A DNA stretch of 64,000 bases, taken from contig CAVPCQ010000011.1 in assembly GCA_963702425.1 (NCBI GenBank), positions 160,001-224,000 of the forward strand, given 5' to 3'. The notes beneath the pieces are model-generated. The model did no database searches, was not told the origin of the DNA, and worked only from the letters and a program-made list of their open reading frames with translations. The translations under genes and the position numbers were made by a program. This stretch comes from an uncultured Acidobacteriota bacterium (GTDB lineage Bacteria; Acidobacteriota; Polarisedimenticolia; J045). Shown in pieces: positions 53,325-64,000 of the stretch. The number at the start of each line of letters is the position of its first letter. Position 1 is the first letter of the stretch.

Positions 53325-56300
53325 GTGAACCCGAGCCCGCGCCACCGCGTCGCCACGTCCATTCGATCTGTCGGCTTCCCCTGCGCCGCCCTGTTGACGC
53401 TGTCGCTCGCGCCCGCGCTCGCATTCGCGCCGGCGCACGCTGCAACGACTGTAGGGGCCGGCCTCCGTGCCGGCCCTCCTGTCGATGCCGCAACGACCGG
53501 CGCCGTCGAAGGCCGCGTCCTCGATCGCGCCGGCGCTCCAATCTCCGGGGCGACGGTTCGCGTCGGCTGCGCGGAACCCCTGGCGAGCGCGACGACCGAC
53601 GAGCGCGGCTGGTTCCGCGCCGGCGGGATCGCGCCGGGCCGCGTCTGCCTCGAGGCGACCCACACCGGCTTCGCCGCCGCGCGGCTGGACGACGTCGTCG
53701 TCACGGCGGGAGCCGCGCGCAGCGTGGCGCTGGTCGTCGAGCGCGGCGTCGCGCTGCGCGGCGCGGTGAAGGGCGCGGGCGCGCCGGGCTCGGCCGTCGC
53801 CGGAGCGGAGGTCGCGCTGCGCTGCGGCGCCGGGGACGAGGTCCTGGCGAAGGCGAAGTCCGCGGAGGACGGCCGCTACGACCTCGGCGTCGTCCCCGCG
53901 CGCGGCGCCTGCCGGCTGACCGCGACGCACGCCGACCAGCCGCCCTTCGTGAAGGTGCTCGAGCTGGCGCCGCGCGAGGCGCCGCTGGTGATCGATATCG
54001 TGTTCGACCCGGCAGCCGCGCTCACGGGGCGCGTCGTCGACGGCGACGGCAAGCCGGTGAAGGGCGCGGAGGTCCGCGTGACGGACGAGCTCCGCGGCGG
54101 CGACGCCACGGCCGAGCGCCGCGCGGCGAGCGACGACAAGGGCGTCTTCCGGGTCGGCGGCCTCTCGGCCTCGCGGTACCGGGTCGAACTGCACCCGCCC
54201 GACGCGCTCGTGGAACGCCGCGAAGCGGTCGAGCTGGCTCGCGGGCGGACACTCGACCTGGGGACCTTCCGCACGCGCCCCGGGCTCGCGCTCTCCGGGA
54301 CGGTCGTGGGCGACGACGGCGAGCCGCTGGCCGGGATCAAGCTGCGGGCCTTCCGCCAGCTCGGCAGCGGCCGTGCGCTCGAGCGGCAGGCGGTCACCGA
54401 CAAGGAGGGGCGGTTCCGCCTCGGCGGCCTGGCCGAGGGGCGCTACGACCTCGACGTCGAACCGAAGTCGGCGCGCGGCTGGCTGCCAGCGGAACGCGAC
54501 GACCTCGCGGTGCCGGGTGCGCCGCTCGAGCTGGAGCTGGAGCGCGGCGCGACGATCGCCGGAACGGCGACCGGGATGGACGGCGCGCCGCTCGAGCGGC
54601 TCGCGGTCTGGGCCCTGCGCGCCGCGCCGGAGGGCGACTCGGGCCGCGTCGTCGGCAAAGCGACGATCGAGGACCGCGCCACGGGCGCGTTCCGGATCGA
54701 GGGGCTCCCCGCCGGGGAGGTCGTCGTGCGGGCCGCGGCGCGCGGTCTCGCCCCGGCGGCGTCGGACCCGATCGCGCTCGTTGCCGGCGAGGAGCGGACG
54801 GGCGTCGGGCTGCGCCTGGCGCGCGGACTGCGACTGACCGGCACGGTCGTCGCGAAGGAGAGCGGCGCGCCGATCGGCAGCGCGGCGATCGCCGTCGAGG
54901 GGGCCTCCGCGCCCGCGAGCGGCGGAGCCGGCGGCGACGTCGGCGAAGTCGCGGCGGCACCCGAACCGGCCGCGACCAGCGGCGCCGACGGACGCTTCGC
55001 GCTCGACGGAATCGTCGCCGGCCAGGCGGTGCTCGCGGTGCGCCACCCCGACTACGCCCCCGCGACGCAGGTCGTCGTGGTCGGCGAGGAGGATCCCGAG
55101 CCGGTGCGGATCGCGCTCGGCGCGGGCGCGACGGTCGAGGGGACGGTGACCCACGCTGGCGGTGAGCCGGCGACCGGGGTCCGAATCGAGGCGCGGGGAG
55201 AATCGGCCCGAGGGCACGACGAAGCGCTCGCCACCGCTCTCACCGGCGCGGATGGCAGCTACCGCCTGCCGCACCTCCCAGCCGGCGCCGCGAAGATCGT
55301 TCGCCGCGGCGGGACGAGCTCGCTCGACGACCAGGAGCGGCGCTCGGTCGCGCTTGCCGACGGCGCGGTGGTGCGCGTCGACTTCGTGCTCGGCAACCGC
55401 GTCGAGGGGACGGTGCGGCGCGGCGGCCTGCCGGTCCCCGGAGCGCGCGTCGCGCTGACCGAGCTGGTCCAACCTGAGGGGAAGGGCAACCGGCCGTCGT
55501 TCGACTTCCAGGTCCAGGCGGGGTTCACCGACGCCGACGGACGCTACGCGATCGGCGGCGTTCGCGCGGGCGAGAAACTGATCTCGATCTCCCATGGCCG
55601 GCAGGGGACACGGCGCGTGGTGCCGGTCGCCGACCAGCCGGTGACGACGCTCGACGTCGAACTCCCGGCGCGGCTCGTGACCGGAGTCGTCGTGGCGAAG
55701 GAGAGCGGCGCGCCGATTGCGGGAGCCACGGTCCGTTCGACGCCACCGGGAGAACCGCGGGGCAACCGCAGCGCGATGATCAGGATACGCGAGAGCGACC
55801 ATGCAACCGGCGAAACGAGCGACATGACCGCGGGAGGCGGAGAGGAGGACGAGACCTCGAGCGACGCCGCGGGGCGCTTCGAACTGTGGGTCGCGGAGGG
55901 GCCGGGCGGTCGCATCGGGGCCTCGGCCAAGACGTTCCGGAACGCCGCGATCGACCTGCCGCAGGGCTCCGGCGAAGCGGTCACGATCGCGCTCGCGCGC
56001 CAGAAGCGGCTGATCGTGACGATCCTCGGGCCCGACGGCCGGCCGCCCTCGCCGTGGGCCGTCTGCCTGATGACCGAGCGGAGCCAGATGTGCCAGACGG
56101 ACGGCAGCGAGCGCTTCGAGTATGAGCTGGGAGACTTGCTCGCCGGCGCCGACATGGCCGTCACCAGCCCCGGCCTCGCGCTGGTGGTCCGGCGGCTCGA
56201 CACGCTCGAGCCCGACGCCGATGGGAACGTCGTCCGCGAAGTGCAGCTCGCACCGGCGGGATCACTGGTCGTGCGGCTCCCGACGCCGAAGACCTTCGCG

Positions 56301-56519
56301 CTGGCCGAGCTTCGGCCGGAGGGGGCCGCGGTGAACTGGCTGGGGTACTTCAATGCCACGAGCCAGGTCTCGACCGTGCGGGGCGAGGCCGAGAAGGAGA
56401 TCCGCGTCGCCGGGCTGGCCCCCGGCCGATGGGTCACAGTGCTGCAGCGCGGCGAAGAGCGGATCCCCGTGGCGGTAGAGGTCGCGGCCGGGCAGGAGGC
56501 GACGGCGGCGCTGCCCTGA
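53325..56519 (+). CDS. Large secreted protein of repeated carboxypeptidase-regulatory-like (transthyretin-like) domains
   Basis: GAGGAGG RBS, signal peptide, and about 8-9 repeats of G.V.D..G.P..GA.V...TD..GRF...GL..G.Y. Confidence 0.85.
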   Translation: MNPSPRHRVATSIRSVGFPCAALLTLSLAPALAFAPAHAATTVGAGLRAGPPVDAATTGAVEGRVLDRAGAPISGATVRVGCAEPLASATTDERGWFRAGGIAPGRVCLEATHTGFAAARLDDVVVTAGAARSVALVVERGVALRGAVKGAGAPGSAVAGAEVALRCGAGDEVLAKAKSAEDGRYDLGVVPARGACRLTATHADQPPFVKVLELAPREAPLVIDIVFDPAAALTGRVVDGDGKPVKGAEVRVTDELRGGDATAERRAASDDKGVFRVGGLSASRYRVELHPPDALVERREAVELARGRTLDLGTFRTRPGLALSGTVVGDDGEPLAGIKLRAFRQLGSGRALERQAVTDKEGRFRLGGLAEGRYDLDVEPKSARGWLPAERDDLAVPGAPLELELERGATIAGTATGMDGAPLERLAVWALRAAPEGDSGRVVGKATIEDRATGAFRIEGLPAGEVVVRAAARGLAPAASDPIALVAGEERTGVGLRLARGLRLTGTVVAKESGAPIGSAAIAVEGASAPASGGAGGDVGEVAAAPEPAATSGADGRFALDGIVAGQAVLAVRHPDYAPATQVVVVGEEDPEPVRIALGAGATVEGTVTHAGGEPATGVRIEARGESARGHDEALATALTGADGSYRLPHLPAGAAKIVRRGGTSSLDDQERRSVALADGAVVRVDFVLGNRVEGTVRRGGLPVPGARVALTELVQPEGKGNRPSFDFQVQAGFTDADGRYAIGGVRAGEKLISISHGRQGTRRVVPVADQPVTTLDVELPARLVTGVVVAKESGAPIAGATVRSTPPGEPRGNRSAMIRIRESDHATGETSDMTAGGGEEDETSSDAAGRFELWVAEGPGGRIGASAKTFRNAAIDLPQGSGEAVTIALARQKRLIVTILGPDGRPPSPWAVCLMTERSQMCQTDGSERFEYELGDLLAGADMAVTSPGLALVVRRLDTLEPDADGNVVREVQLAPAGSLVVRLPTPKTFALAELRPEGAAVNWLGYFNATSQVSTVRGEAEKEIRVAGLAPGRWVTVLQRGEERIPVAVEVAAGQEATAALP
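53451..53476 (+). repeat. REP copy inside a coding sequence
   Basis: Identical to the copy at 20104; read in frame as VGAGLRAGP. Confidence 0.85.
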
Positions 56520-56593
56520 CCGTCGCGCCTGACTCCGTTCGGCCGGCGCCGCGCCGCGGGCGCGATCGCCGGCCGTTCTGCTACCGTTGCTGC

Positions 56594-57670
56594 GTGGACG
56601 AAGCGCGCCACGCGACCGGACTCCCGGACCCCCTGTCGGCGGTCCGGCTGACGCGCGCGTGGTTCGTCGGGTGCGAGTCGCGCGAACTCCGCGGCTCCCC
56701 GATCGCGCGCACGCTCCAGGGGACGCCGGTCGTGCTCTACCGCTCCGGCGGCCGCGCGGTCGCGGCGCTCGACCGCTGCCCGCACCGCAACGTACCGCTG
56801 TCCGAGGGGCGGGTCCTCGGGAACGGCCACCTCGAGTGCCGGTACCACGGCTGGCAGTTCGACGGAGAGGGACGCTGCCGTGCGATCCCGGGGCTCGACG
56901 CCGAGGTCGGCGAACACCGCGCCCGCGATGCGACGCCGCTCGCGGTGCGCGAGGCGGACGGGTTCGTCTGGGTCGCCGCGAGCCCGGGCGCCCCGCCGCC
57001 CGGCGAGCCGTGGCGCGTCCCGCACCTGGACGACCGCCGCTACGGCATCGTGCGGCGGCAGCTCGACGTGCGCGCGACGCTGCACGCCACCGCCGAGAAC
57101 GCGCTCGACGTGCCGCACACCGCGTTCCTCCACGCCGGGCTGTTCCGCTCCCCGGCGCGCCGCACCGCGGTCGAGGTCGTCGTGCGCCGCAGCGCCGACC
57201 GCGTCGAGGCCGAGTACGTCGGCGAGCCGCGGCCGACCGGCCTGGCACCGCGACTGCTCGCACCTCGCGGGGGGGTCGTGACGCACGTCGACCGCTTCAT
57301 CCTGCCGTCGATCGTGCAGGTGGAGTACCGGCTCGGCGACAGCACCCACCTCGTGAGCAGCGCCGCGTTGACGCCGATCGACGCGCTGACGACGCGGCTC
57401 TACGCGGTCGTGGCCCTGCGCTCGCCGCTGCCGCGCCTGCTCGTTCGCCTTGCCGCGGTACCGGTGATGAACCGGATCTTCCGCCAGGACGCGGAGGTGC
57501 TCGCCCTCCAGACGAAGACGATCCGCACCTTCGGCGGCGAGTGCTTCGCCTACTCGCCGGTCGACGTCCTGGGTCCGCAGATCGGACGCCTCCTGCAGCG
57601 CGCGGCGGCGGGCGGCGAGCCGGCGGACCCGGAGGCCGACCGCGAGTTCCGCCTGCGGATGCTCGTCTGA
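56594..57670 (+). CDS. Rieske non-heme iron oxygenase alpha subunit (VanA/KshA-like)
   Basis: DRCPHR..CRYHGWQFD Rieske motif and ENALDVPHTAFLH mononuclear iron site. Confidence 0.92.
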   Translation: MDEARHATGLPDPLSAVRLTRAWFVGCESRELRGSPIARTLQGTPVVLYRSGGRAVAALDRCPHRNVPLSEGRVLGNGHLECRYHGWQFDGEGRCRAIPGLDAEVGEHRARDATPLAVREADGFVWVAASPGAPPPGEPWRVPHLDDRRYGIVRRQLDVRATLHATAENALDVPHTAFLHAGLFRSPARRTAVEVVVRRSADRVEAEYVGEPRPTGLAPRLLAPRGGVVTHVDRFILPSIVQVEYRLGDSTHLVSSAALTPIDALTTRLYAVVALRSPLPRLLVRLAAVPVMNRIFRQDAEVLALQTKTIRTFGGECFAYSPVDVLGPQIGRLLQRAAAGGEPADPEADREFRLRMLV

Positions 57671-57794
57671 GCGGCGCGATCGCGAGGCCGCGGGGCGCGG
57701 GGCAGACGGCGGACGCGTCGCCGCCCTGACCGGCACGCCCTCGCTCGCTTGACGGCCCGGATAGACTCCTGCGGAGAGGCCGCCGGGAGGAGAT

Positions 57795-58451
57795 GTGATC
57801 GACGAGAAAGCCGACGCCGGGTCCGTTGACGGACGGGCCGGCCCGATGATTCGGGAAGCGTTCGAACGGGCGGCGTTGCAGTTCGTCGCCCTCGTGGACG
57901 GAATCCCCGCCGATCGGTGGTCCGGCCCCGGGCTCGACGACTGGACGCTGCGTGATCTCGTGGGTCACACGAGCCGGGCGCTCTCGACCGTCGAACAGTA
58001 CCTCGACAGCCCCGCCGCCGCGGTCGAACTGCAGCGACCGATCGACTACTACGTCGGCCTGGTGCAGCGCGTCCGCGTCACCCCCGAAGCGATCGGCGCG
58101 CGCGCCCGCGAGGCCGGCGGTCAACTCGGCCCCGACCCGGCGCGCGCCGTGCGCGAGATCGCCGCGCGCGTCGTGCCCCGCGTCCGCGCGACACCGGACG
58201 ACGCGATCGCCGGCACGATCGCGGGCGGCATCCGGCTGATCGACTACCTACCGTCGCGCGTCCTCGAGCTCGTCGTCCACTCGCTCGACCTCGGTCTCGC
58301 GCTCGGCCGTCCGGTCGAGCCCGCGCCGGTCGCCGCGGCCGTCACGCTGCACCTGCTGGCGGATCTTGCGCTCGCCCCCGGGCGCGCGGTGCCGCTGATC
58401 CTGGCCGCGACGGGACGCCGATCGCTGCCGGACGGCTACGCCCTCATCTGA
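57795..58451 (+). CDS. MDMPI/DinB-superfamily protein
   Basis: W..PGL..WTLRDLVGH and RVLELVVHSLDL. Confidence 0.8.
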   Translation: MIDEKADAGSVDGRAGPMIREAFERAALQFVALVDGIPADRWSGPGLDDWTLRDLVGHTSRALSTVEQYLDSPAAAVELQRPIDYYVGLVQRVRVTPEAIGARAREAGGQLGPDPARAVREIAARVVPRVRATPDDAIAGTIAGGIRLIDYLPSRVLELVVHSLDLGLALGRPVEPAPVAAAVTLHLLADLALAPGRAVPLILAATGRRSLPDGYALI

Positions 58452-58854
58452 GCGGCTCCACCGCGGCGAGAACCAGTTGCCAGGCGCCGAACCCGGCCAG
58501 TCCGACGGCGGCGAGTCCGATCAGCGCCCGGTTGACCCGCGCGCCGAGCGTTCGGGCGGCGGCGAAGAGGACGACGATCGCGGCCAGGCTGGCGAGCATT
58601 GCCAGGTAGAGCAGGAAGACCCCGCCCGCCGCCCGCAGCGAACGCAGGAGCCACGGCGGCATGCGGCTTAGTACCACCAGGGCGACGAAAGCGATCGGCA
58701 CGTCGCTCACGAGCGGAGCCAGCGCGGCCGGCAGGGTCCGCCGCCACCCGTTGGCAACGGCCCGCGAGGCGAGGAAGGTCTGGGTGGGTCCGGGCTGGAC
58801 CGCGGCGGCAAAGCCGAAGGTGGCCCCGAGCGAGAAGTACCCGAGCGTGGTCAC
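58444..58854 (-). pseudogene. LysE-family translocator with internal deletion (136 aa)
   Basis: AAAVQPGPTQTF..GWR..APLVSD.P..GGVFLLYLA is joined directly to the last two helices; the NP-motif segment is missing. Confidence 0.6.
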
Positions 58855-58914
58855 CCCGGGCTCCGTTCTCGCGGCGATTCGCCAGGCCCGGCCGCCGCGC
58901 CGCCTCCCGCGACC

Positions 58915-59826
58915 CTAGAAATCCTTGACCGCCAGGAACGGCCGCCGGATACCCCTGACGTACGTCGTCGCCGGATAGCCGAGGATCAGGACGATGGCCG
59001 GCTTGCTGCGCTCGGGAACGCCGTACTTCCGGAGCAGATCGCGCCGCCTCGCGAGCGGCGGCGCGGCGCAGCCGATCATGGTGGATCCCAGGCCGAGCGA
59101 CTCGGCCGCAATCATGGCGTAGGTGCAGGCGATGAAAGCGTCGGCGCCGTCGGCGTAGGGCGAGGTGTGGAACAGCAGCGCGACCGGGGCGTCGTAGAGG
59201 ACCTTGTCCTGGCCGGCCCGGCGCCCGGCCACGACGTCGCGGCCGAGCGGCAGGATGAAGGAACGGAACTGGTCGTAGGTGGTCTTCTTCGCGAACACGC
59301 GAAGCAGGCCCATCACCGCGGGGTTGTCCATCCACTTGAGCAGGCCGGCGTAGGTGTGCGCGACATCGCGAGCCAGCTCCCGGACCTTGGGACGGCCGCG
59401 GAAGACGACGACGCCCACCTCCCACGGCGGGATCCCCATCGGCGCGGTCGCGGCCGCCGCCACGACCCGGTCGACGACGTCGCCGGGGAGGTCGTCGGGC
59501 CGGAACCGCCGGACGCTGCGCCGCGCCAGGAAGAGGGCCTCGAGCTGGTCGGCGGAAGCTCGCCGGGCCGGTTCGGGCAGCTCGACGAGCTGATCGGGGG
59601 AGATCCGCCGACCGGTGACCGAGACGCTCCCGGTCGGGCAGGCCATCATGCACTGCCCGCAGGCGATGCAGCCGAAGGTGACGGCGACGTCGACGAGAAC
59701 GGTGTCGCCGTCCATCGTCAGGACCCCGGTCGGGCAGGTCTCGGCGCAGGCGCCGCAGTGCGTACAGGTGTCGCGGTCGATGACCGGCAGGCCACTGACC
59801 TCGCCGAAGCTGGAGATGACGGCCAT
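58915..59826 (-). CDS. Nitroreductase with N-terminal 2x[4Fe-4S] ferredoxin domain
   Basis: CTHCGACAETCP, CIACGQCMMACP, RRSVRRF, TAP and AESLGLGSTMIG. Confidence 0.92.
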   Translation of the reverse strand: MAVISSFGEVSGLPVIDRDTCTHCGACAETCPTGVLTMDGDTVLVDVAVTFGCIACGQCMMACPTGSVSVTGRRISPDQLVELPEPARRASADQLEALFLARRSVRRFRPDDLPGDVVDRVVAAAATAPMGIPPWEVGVVVFRGRPKVRELARDVAHTYAGLLKWMDNPAVMGLLRVFAKKTTYDQFRSFILPLGRDVVAGRRAGQDKVLYDAPVALLFHTSPYADGADAFIACTYAMIAAESLGLGSTMIGCAAPPLARRRDLLRKYGVPERSKPAIVLILGYPATTYVRGIRRPFLAVKDF

Positions 59827-59970
59827 GGGCGGTCCTCGTCCGATGCCGGGCGGGTGGGGAGGACGATCCTACCAGCGCCGGGCCGTGCGTTCAGCCCTCC
59901 TCTGCGCCGATCGGGACGCTCGAGGAGACCGGGGAGGCGACGAACGCGCCGGCGAAATTCTCCCGCCGAT

Positions 59971-59999
59971 TGTCGATTGGCGTCGTTCCCGATCGACTA
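59971..59999 (+). promoter_or_regulatory. ECF42-type promoter upstream of the YciI gene
   Basis: TGTCGA-N17-CGAC matches the recalled ECF42 target motif. Confidence 0.7.
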
Positions 60000-60033
60000 C
60001 TCGGTGAGCCGTCAGGCCGGAAGGAGGACAGCG

Positions 60034-60384
60034 ATGCGTTACATGCTGCTTATTTACGACCCGGAATCCGCGTGGGAGTCGATGCCGGAGGCGGAGCGGA
60101 ACGAGCTCTTCGGCGAGTACATGGCCTTCACGGAGAGCATCCGCGAGAGCGGACACCTGTTGGCGGGCGACCCGCTCGAGCCGACGGCGACCGCGACGAC
60201 CCTCCGCGTCCGCGGAGGGAAGGCCGTGACGAGCGACGGGCCATTCGCCGAGACGCGCGAGCAACTGGGCGGTTATTACATCGTCGAGGCGAGGGATCTC
60301 GACGAAGCGCTCGAGCTCGCCGCACGCGTCCCCTCGGCCCGCATCGGCTGCGTCGAAGTGCGACCGATCGCCGAAATGGGGTAG
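60034..60384 (+). CDS. YciI/DGPF family protein
   Basis: MRYMLLIY..SDGPFAETREQLGGYY..VEVRP; AGGAGG RBS. Confidence 0.93.
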   Translation: MRYMLLIYDPESAWESMPEAERNELFGEYMAFTESIRESGHLLAGDPLEPTATATTLRVRGGKAVTSDGPFAETREQLGGYYIVEARDLDEALELAARVPSARIGCVEVRPIAEMG

Positions 60385-60454
60385 CGCCGCGCGTCCGGTT
60401 CACGGATCTCGGGCCGCCCGCCGCAATCTGGCCTAACCTTGCGCGGACGGCCCG

Positions 60455-61693
<1,239 letters not shown>

Positions 61694-61736
61694 CCCGCCA
61701 GGCGCCGGCCGCTCGGCTGGCCATGAGGAGACACGC

Positions 61737-62456
61737 ATGGTCGAACGCGTCGTGATCACGGGAGCGTCCCGCGGCCTGGGACTCGAGCTGACGCGCCAGC
61801 ACGCGGCGCGGGGCGATCGCGTGCTCGCCACCTGCCGCCGGCCCGCGGCCGCGGCCGAGCTGTCTGCGCTCGCCGAGCGCTGGCCGGGACGGATCGAGAT
61901 CGCGCCCCTCGACGTGACCAGCGCGACGTCGATCGAGGGCGCGGCGGCCGTCGCCGCGGAGCGCCTCGGTGCGATCGACCTCCTGTGGTCGAACGCCGGG
62001 GTGTACCCGGGCTCGCCGGGGATCGATGTCGACGAGAGTCCACTCGCCACGCTCGAGGCGGAGGACGGGCTCTCGGTCCTCGCAGTGAACGCGGTGGGCC
62101 CGCTGCTGGTCGCGCGCGCCTTCCTGCCGCTGCTCCGGCGCGGGCGCGGCCCGAAGCTCGTGGCGCTCTCGTCGGGCTACGGCTCGCTCGCGCTCAACGA
62201 GGGGACGCCCTACTGGTACGGCGCGTCGAAGGCCGCGCTCAACATGCTGCACCGCTCGCTCGCGTTCGACGCGGAGGCGCGCGGCGTCACGATCCTGCTG
62301 ATGTCGCCCGGGTGGGTGCGCACCGACATGGGCGGACCGCGCGCGCCGACGGCGGTGGAGGAGTCGGTGGCCGGGATGATCCGCATCGCCCTCGCCGCTG
62401 GACCACCGCAGAACGGCGCCTTCGTCGACCACCGGGGCGACGTGGTTCCCTGGTGA
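61737..62456 (+). CDS. Short-chain dehydrogenase (CsgA/C-factor-like)
   Basis: TGASRGLG, NAG, YGASKAALN and PGWVRTDMGG. Confidence 0.92.
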   Translation: MVERVVITGASRGLGLELTRQHAARGDRVLATCRRPAAAAELSALAERWPGRIEIAPLDVTSATSIEGAAAVAAERLGAIDLLWSNAGVYPGSPGIDVDESPLATLEAEDGLSVLAVNAVGPLLVARAFLPLLRRGRGPKLVALSSGYGSLALNEGTPYWYGASKAALNMLHRSLAFDAEARGVTILLMSPGWVRTDMGGPRAPTAVEESVAGMIRIALAAGPPQNGAFVDHRGDVVPW

Positions 62457-62586
62457 CGATCGGCAGACCGACGGGGGGCGGCGCGGCACCTCCCCGCCGG
62501 GCCAACTCCCCCCGCCGCGGCGATCGGGTTAACATCCCGGTTTCTCGCCGCCCCCGGCCCGCCGGGGACCCCAGGAGACCCTTCCG

Positions 62587-64000
<1,414 letters not shown>

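Noticed and set aside
41962-55802. Long antisense ORFs (41962-44982, 45500-49552, 53061-55802 and similar elsewhere)
   Set aside because: Expected from stop-codon scarcity at very high GC; they mirror well-supported genes and carry no recognisable motifs.

Overview
Very GC-rich bacterial chromosomal window, plausibly Acidobacteriota-like (inferred from the Oar-type TonB receptor, PDZ-7TM kinase and DUF3857 proteins). It runs: metK (partial) under a SAM-I/IV riboswitch; a decayed BNR/Asp-box gene; a CAP protein and K+ channel; DUF6178; tRNA-Cys; zwf-pgl; a sulfate uptake operon (CysA fused to two USP domains, OprO/P porin, sbp, cysT, cysW) divergent from nifU-nifS; a MenA1-MenT1 toxin-antitoxin pair; tkt; a seven-gene tricarboxylate operon; methyltransferase, yraN and cysS; an outer-membrane protein/PDZ kinase/NtrC/TonB-receptor cluster; gatCA plus a LysM amidase; paired active and inactive TPR-transglutaminases; a Rieske oxygenase; a nitroreductase; YciI-ECF42; an SDR; and acnA (partial). 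The tricarboxylate operon (HD-like, PrpD, fungal-type homoaconitase, fungal-type homoisocitrate dehydrogenase, CitD-CitE fusion, CitF, PH protein) is the best candidate for an undescribed pathway: homocitrate/2-oxoadipate metabolism without homocitrate synthase. A 26-bp GTAG REP sits at five of its six gene junctions. Seven single-base frameshifts in six genes most likely reflect sequencing error. All family calls come from recalled motifs; no searches were run.
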